Positions 61,825 through 64,000 of a stretch of 64,000 nucleotides of DNA are shown here, piece after piece. The notes under the pieces are model-generated. The model saw nothing but the letters and a program-made list of their open reading frames with translations. It was not told where the DNA came from and ran no database searches. The DNA is taken from assembly GCA_050258095.1 (NCBI GenBank), contig JBLMYD010000038.1, positions 3,594 through 67,593 on the forward strand, given 5' to 3'. Positions within the stretch are counted from its first letter, which is position 1; each line of letters starts with the position of its first letter. This DNA is from Chloroflexota bacterium (GTDB lineage: Bacteria; Actinomycetota; Thermoleophilia; Solirubrobacterales; 70-9). The position numbers and the translations under genes are program-made.

Positions 61825-62685
61825 TCAGGCGAAGCTCGGCCGCATCTGGCGCAGCCTTTTCACGCGCTCCTCGATCGGCGGGTGCGTGGAGAAGAGGCCG
61901 GCCATGCCTTTGGCCGAGAACGGCTTGACGATGTAGAGCGGCTCAGCCGCCTGGTTGACCTGCATCGGCATCGCCTTCGCGCCCTGCTCGAGACGCAGCA
62001 GGGCGCTCGCCAGCGACTCCGGGTTGCCGCAGATTTCGGCGCCGCCGGCGTCGGCCGCGTACTCGCGCTGGCGCGAGATCGCCATCTGGATGATGGAGGC
62101 GGCGATCGGGGCGAGCAGGAACGTGGCGAGCTGGCCGACGATCGCCAGCGGCGAGTTGTTGTCCTCGCCGAACCAGATCAGCATGTAGGCAACGTAGGTG
62201 ATCGCGGCGCCGATCGCCGAGGCGACCGACTGGATCAGGATGTCGCGGTTGCGGATGTGCGTCAGCTCGTGCGCGAGGACGCCGCGCAGCTCGTCTTCGG
62301 GGAGCAGGTTGAGGATGCCGCGCGTGCAGGCGACGGCCGAGTGCTTCGGATTGCGCCCGGTCGCGAAGGCGTTGGGCTGGTCCTGCGGGATCACGTAGAG
62401 CCGCGGCATCGGCAGCCCGGCACGCGCCGTCAGTTCTTCCACCGCCGCGTAGAGCTTCGGCGCTTCCGCCTGCGAGACCGGCTTGGCCCGGCTCATCGCC
62501 AGCGCCATCTTGTCGCTGAAGAAGTAGGCGAAGAAGTTGATCGCGAAAGCCATCAGCAGGAAGAAGCCCGCCGTGCGTGCACCGCCGATCAGGAAGCCGA
62601 TCACGACGAGCAGCCCTCCAAGCGAGGCCATCAGGATCGTGGTCCGGATCATCGCGCCGAAAGTCGATTGTTTGGTGGTCGTCAT
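61825..62685 (-). CDS. htpX: Zinc metalloprotease HtpX (M48)
   Basis: 286 aa. TM helices plus the HExxH motif HELTHIRNRD. Confidence 0.9.
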   Translation of the reverse strand: MTTTKQSTFGAMIRTTILMASLGGLLVVIGFLIGGARTAGFFLLMAFAINFFAYFFSDKMALAMSRAKPVSQAEAPKLYAAVEELTARAGLPMPRLYVIPQDQPNAFATGRNPKHSAVACTRGILNLLPEDELRGVLAHELTHIRNRDILIQSVASAIGAAITYVAYMLIWFGEDNNSPLAIVGQLATFLLAPIAASIIQMAISRQREYAADAGGAEICGNPESLASALLRLEQGAKAMPMQVNQAAEPLYIVKPFSAKGMAGLFSTHPPIEERVKRLRQMRPSFA

Positions 62686-62783
62686 CGCTGCTGGGTCCCT
62701 CCTTTTAGGGTCTCTTCGATTATGCCGTAGCCGGATGGCGGCACGCGGCCGATAACCGACCGCTTCAGTAGGATTTAGCTCAG

Positions 62784-63260
62784 ATGTTGTTCTCGACCAA
62801 AGCGGAGTACGGCGTGCGCCTGATGGTCGAGCTGGGCCGGCAGCCCGGCTCGACGCCCGTCGCGCTGAGCGCGGTCGCCGAGGCCGAGCGCCTCCCCCTC
62901 TCCTACATGGAGCACCTGGTGGCGAGGCTGCGCAAGGCGGGCCTGGTCACCTCGACGCGCGGCGCCCACGGCGGCTACCGGCTGGCGAAGCCCGCCGGGG
63001 AGATCACGATGGACGCGGTCGTCGAAGCGCTCGAAGGGCAGATCGCCCCGATGGAGTGCTTCCACGACACGCCCGACGGCAAGGTCCTCTGCTCGCACGA
63101 GGACGACGGCGACCGCGCCTGCGCGACCAAGTTGCTCTGGACGCGTGTGCAGGGCGGCGTCAGCAAGGCGCTCTCGGGCACGACGCTCGCCGAGCTGGTG
63201 GAGTTCGCCGGCTCCGACGCGGACGACAAGCACCCGGCGCCGGTCAGCACCGCCGCCTGA
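62784..63260 (+). CDS. Rrf2-family transcriptional regulator
   Basis: MLFSTKAEYGVRLMVELGRQ.. (wHTH). A Cys cluster (ECF..LCS..AC) is compatible with Fe-S sensing. Sits directly upstream of sufC. Confidence 0.85.
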   Translation: MLFSTKAEYGVRLMVELGRQPGSTPVALSAVAEAERLPLSYMEHLVARLRKAGLVTSTRGAHGGYRLAKPAGEITMDAVVEALEGQIAPMECFHDTPDGKVLCSHEDDGDRACATKLLWTRVQGGVSKALSGTTLAELVEFAGSDADDKHPAPVSTAA

Positions 63261-63292
63261 TCGCAAGACCCAAACCCAGAAACGGAGCGAAA

Positions 63293-64000
<708 letters not shown>

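Overview
High-GC (roughly 70%) Actinomycetota-like chromosomal segment. It is densely packed with about 70 protein genes, many joined by 1-4 nt stop/start overlaps, and most are housekeeping genes. From left to right the window holds: a divergent heme-copper-oxidase subunit II/I-like pair followed by ctaB, two small membrane ORFs, a dihaem cytochrome c and ctaA; a 1263-aa secreted protein with 24 NHL blades in a low-GC patch; a canonical ctaC-ctaD-X-ctaE operon; an ABC-2 exporter; infA-cca-alr-nnr; glmS-glmM-rpsI-rplM; a c-di-AMP (ydaO-type) riboswitch ahead of an M23 peptidase; guaA plus a guaB3-like gene; pfkB; dacB; pyrF; hup; tldD/pmbA with a roadblock-domain gene; a CDF transporter; rdgB-rph; vapBC; an orphan flp pilin; nadB; hyuAB; the CysO sulfur-carrier cysteine pathway (moeZ-like, cysO, cysM, mec) with an embedded secreted repeat protein; htpX; an Rrf2 regulator; and the start of sufC. 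I recognised no rRNA, tRNA, CRISPR array, transposase or integrase. Seven things stand out. (1) The oxidase subunit I/II paralogues have lost nearly all heme/Cu ligands, judged against the canonical copies in the same window. (2) A tandem USP-like protein is translationally coupled between ctaD and ctaE. (3) Several families of long, perfect intergenic hairpin elements have conserved cores and divergent but complementary stems. (4) A 49-nt palindromic repeat lies in frame inside a presenilin-like GxGD membrane protease gene. (5) Three conserved genes (dacB, pyrF, nadB) have N-termini that lie upstream of any ATG/GTG/TTG and appear to start at near-cognate codons overlapping the upstream stop. 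(6) A secreted delta-60/RTX-like protein is embedded in the cysO-cysM-mec operon. (7) The low-GC NHL array has no associated mobility genes. All functional calls come from reading motifs in the translations; no database search was run.
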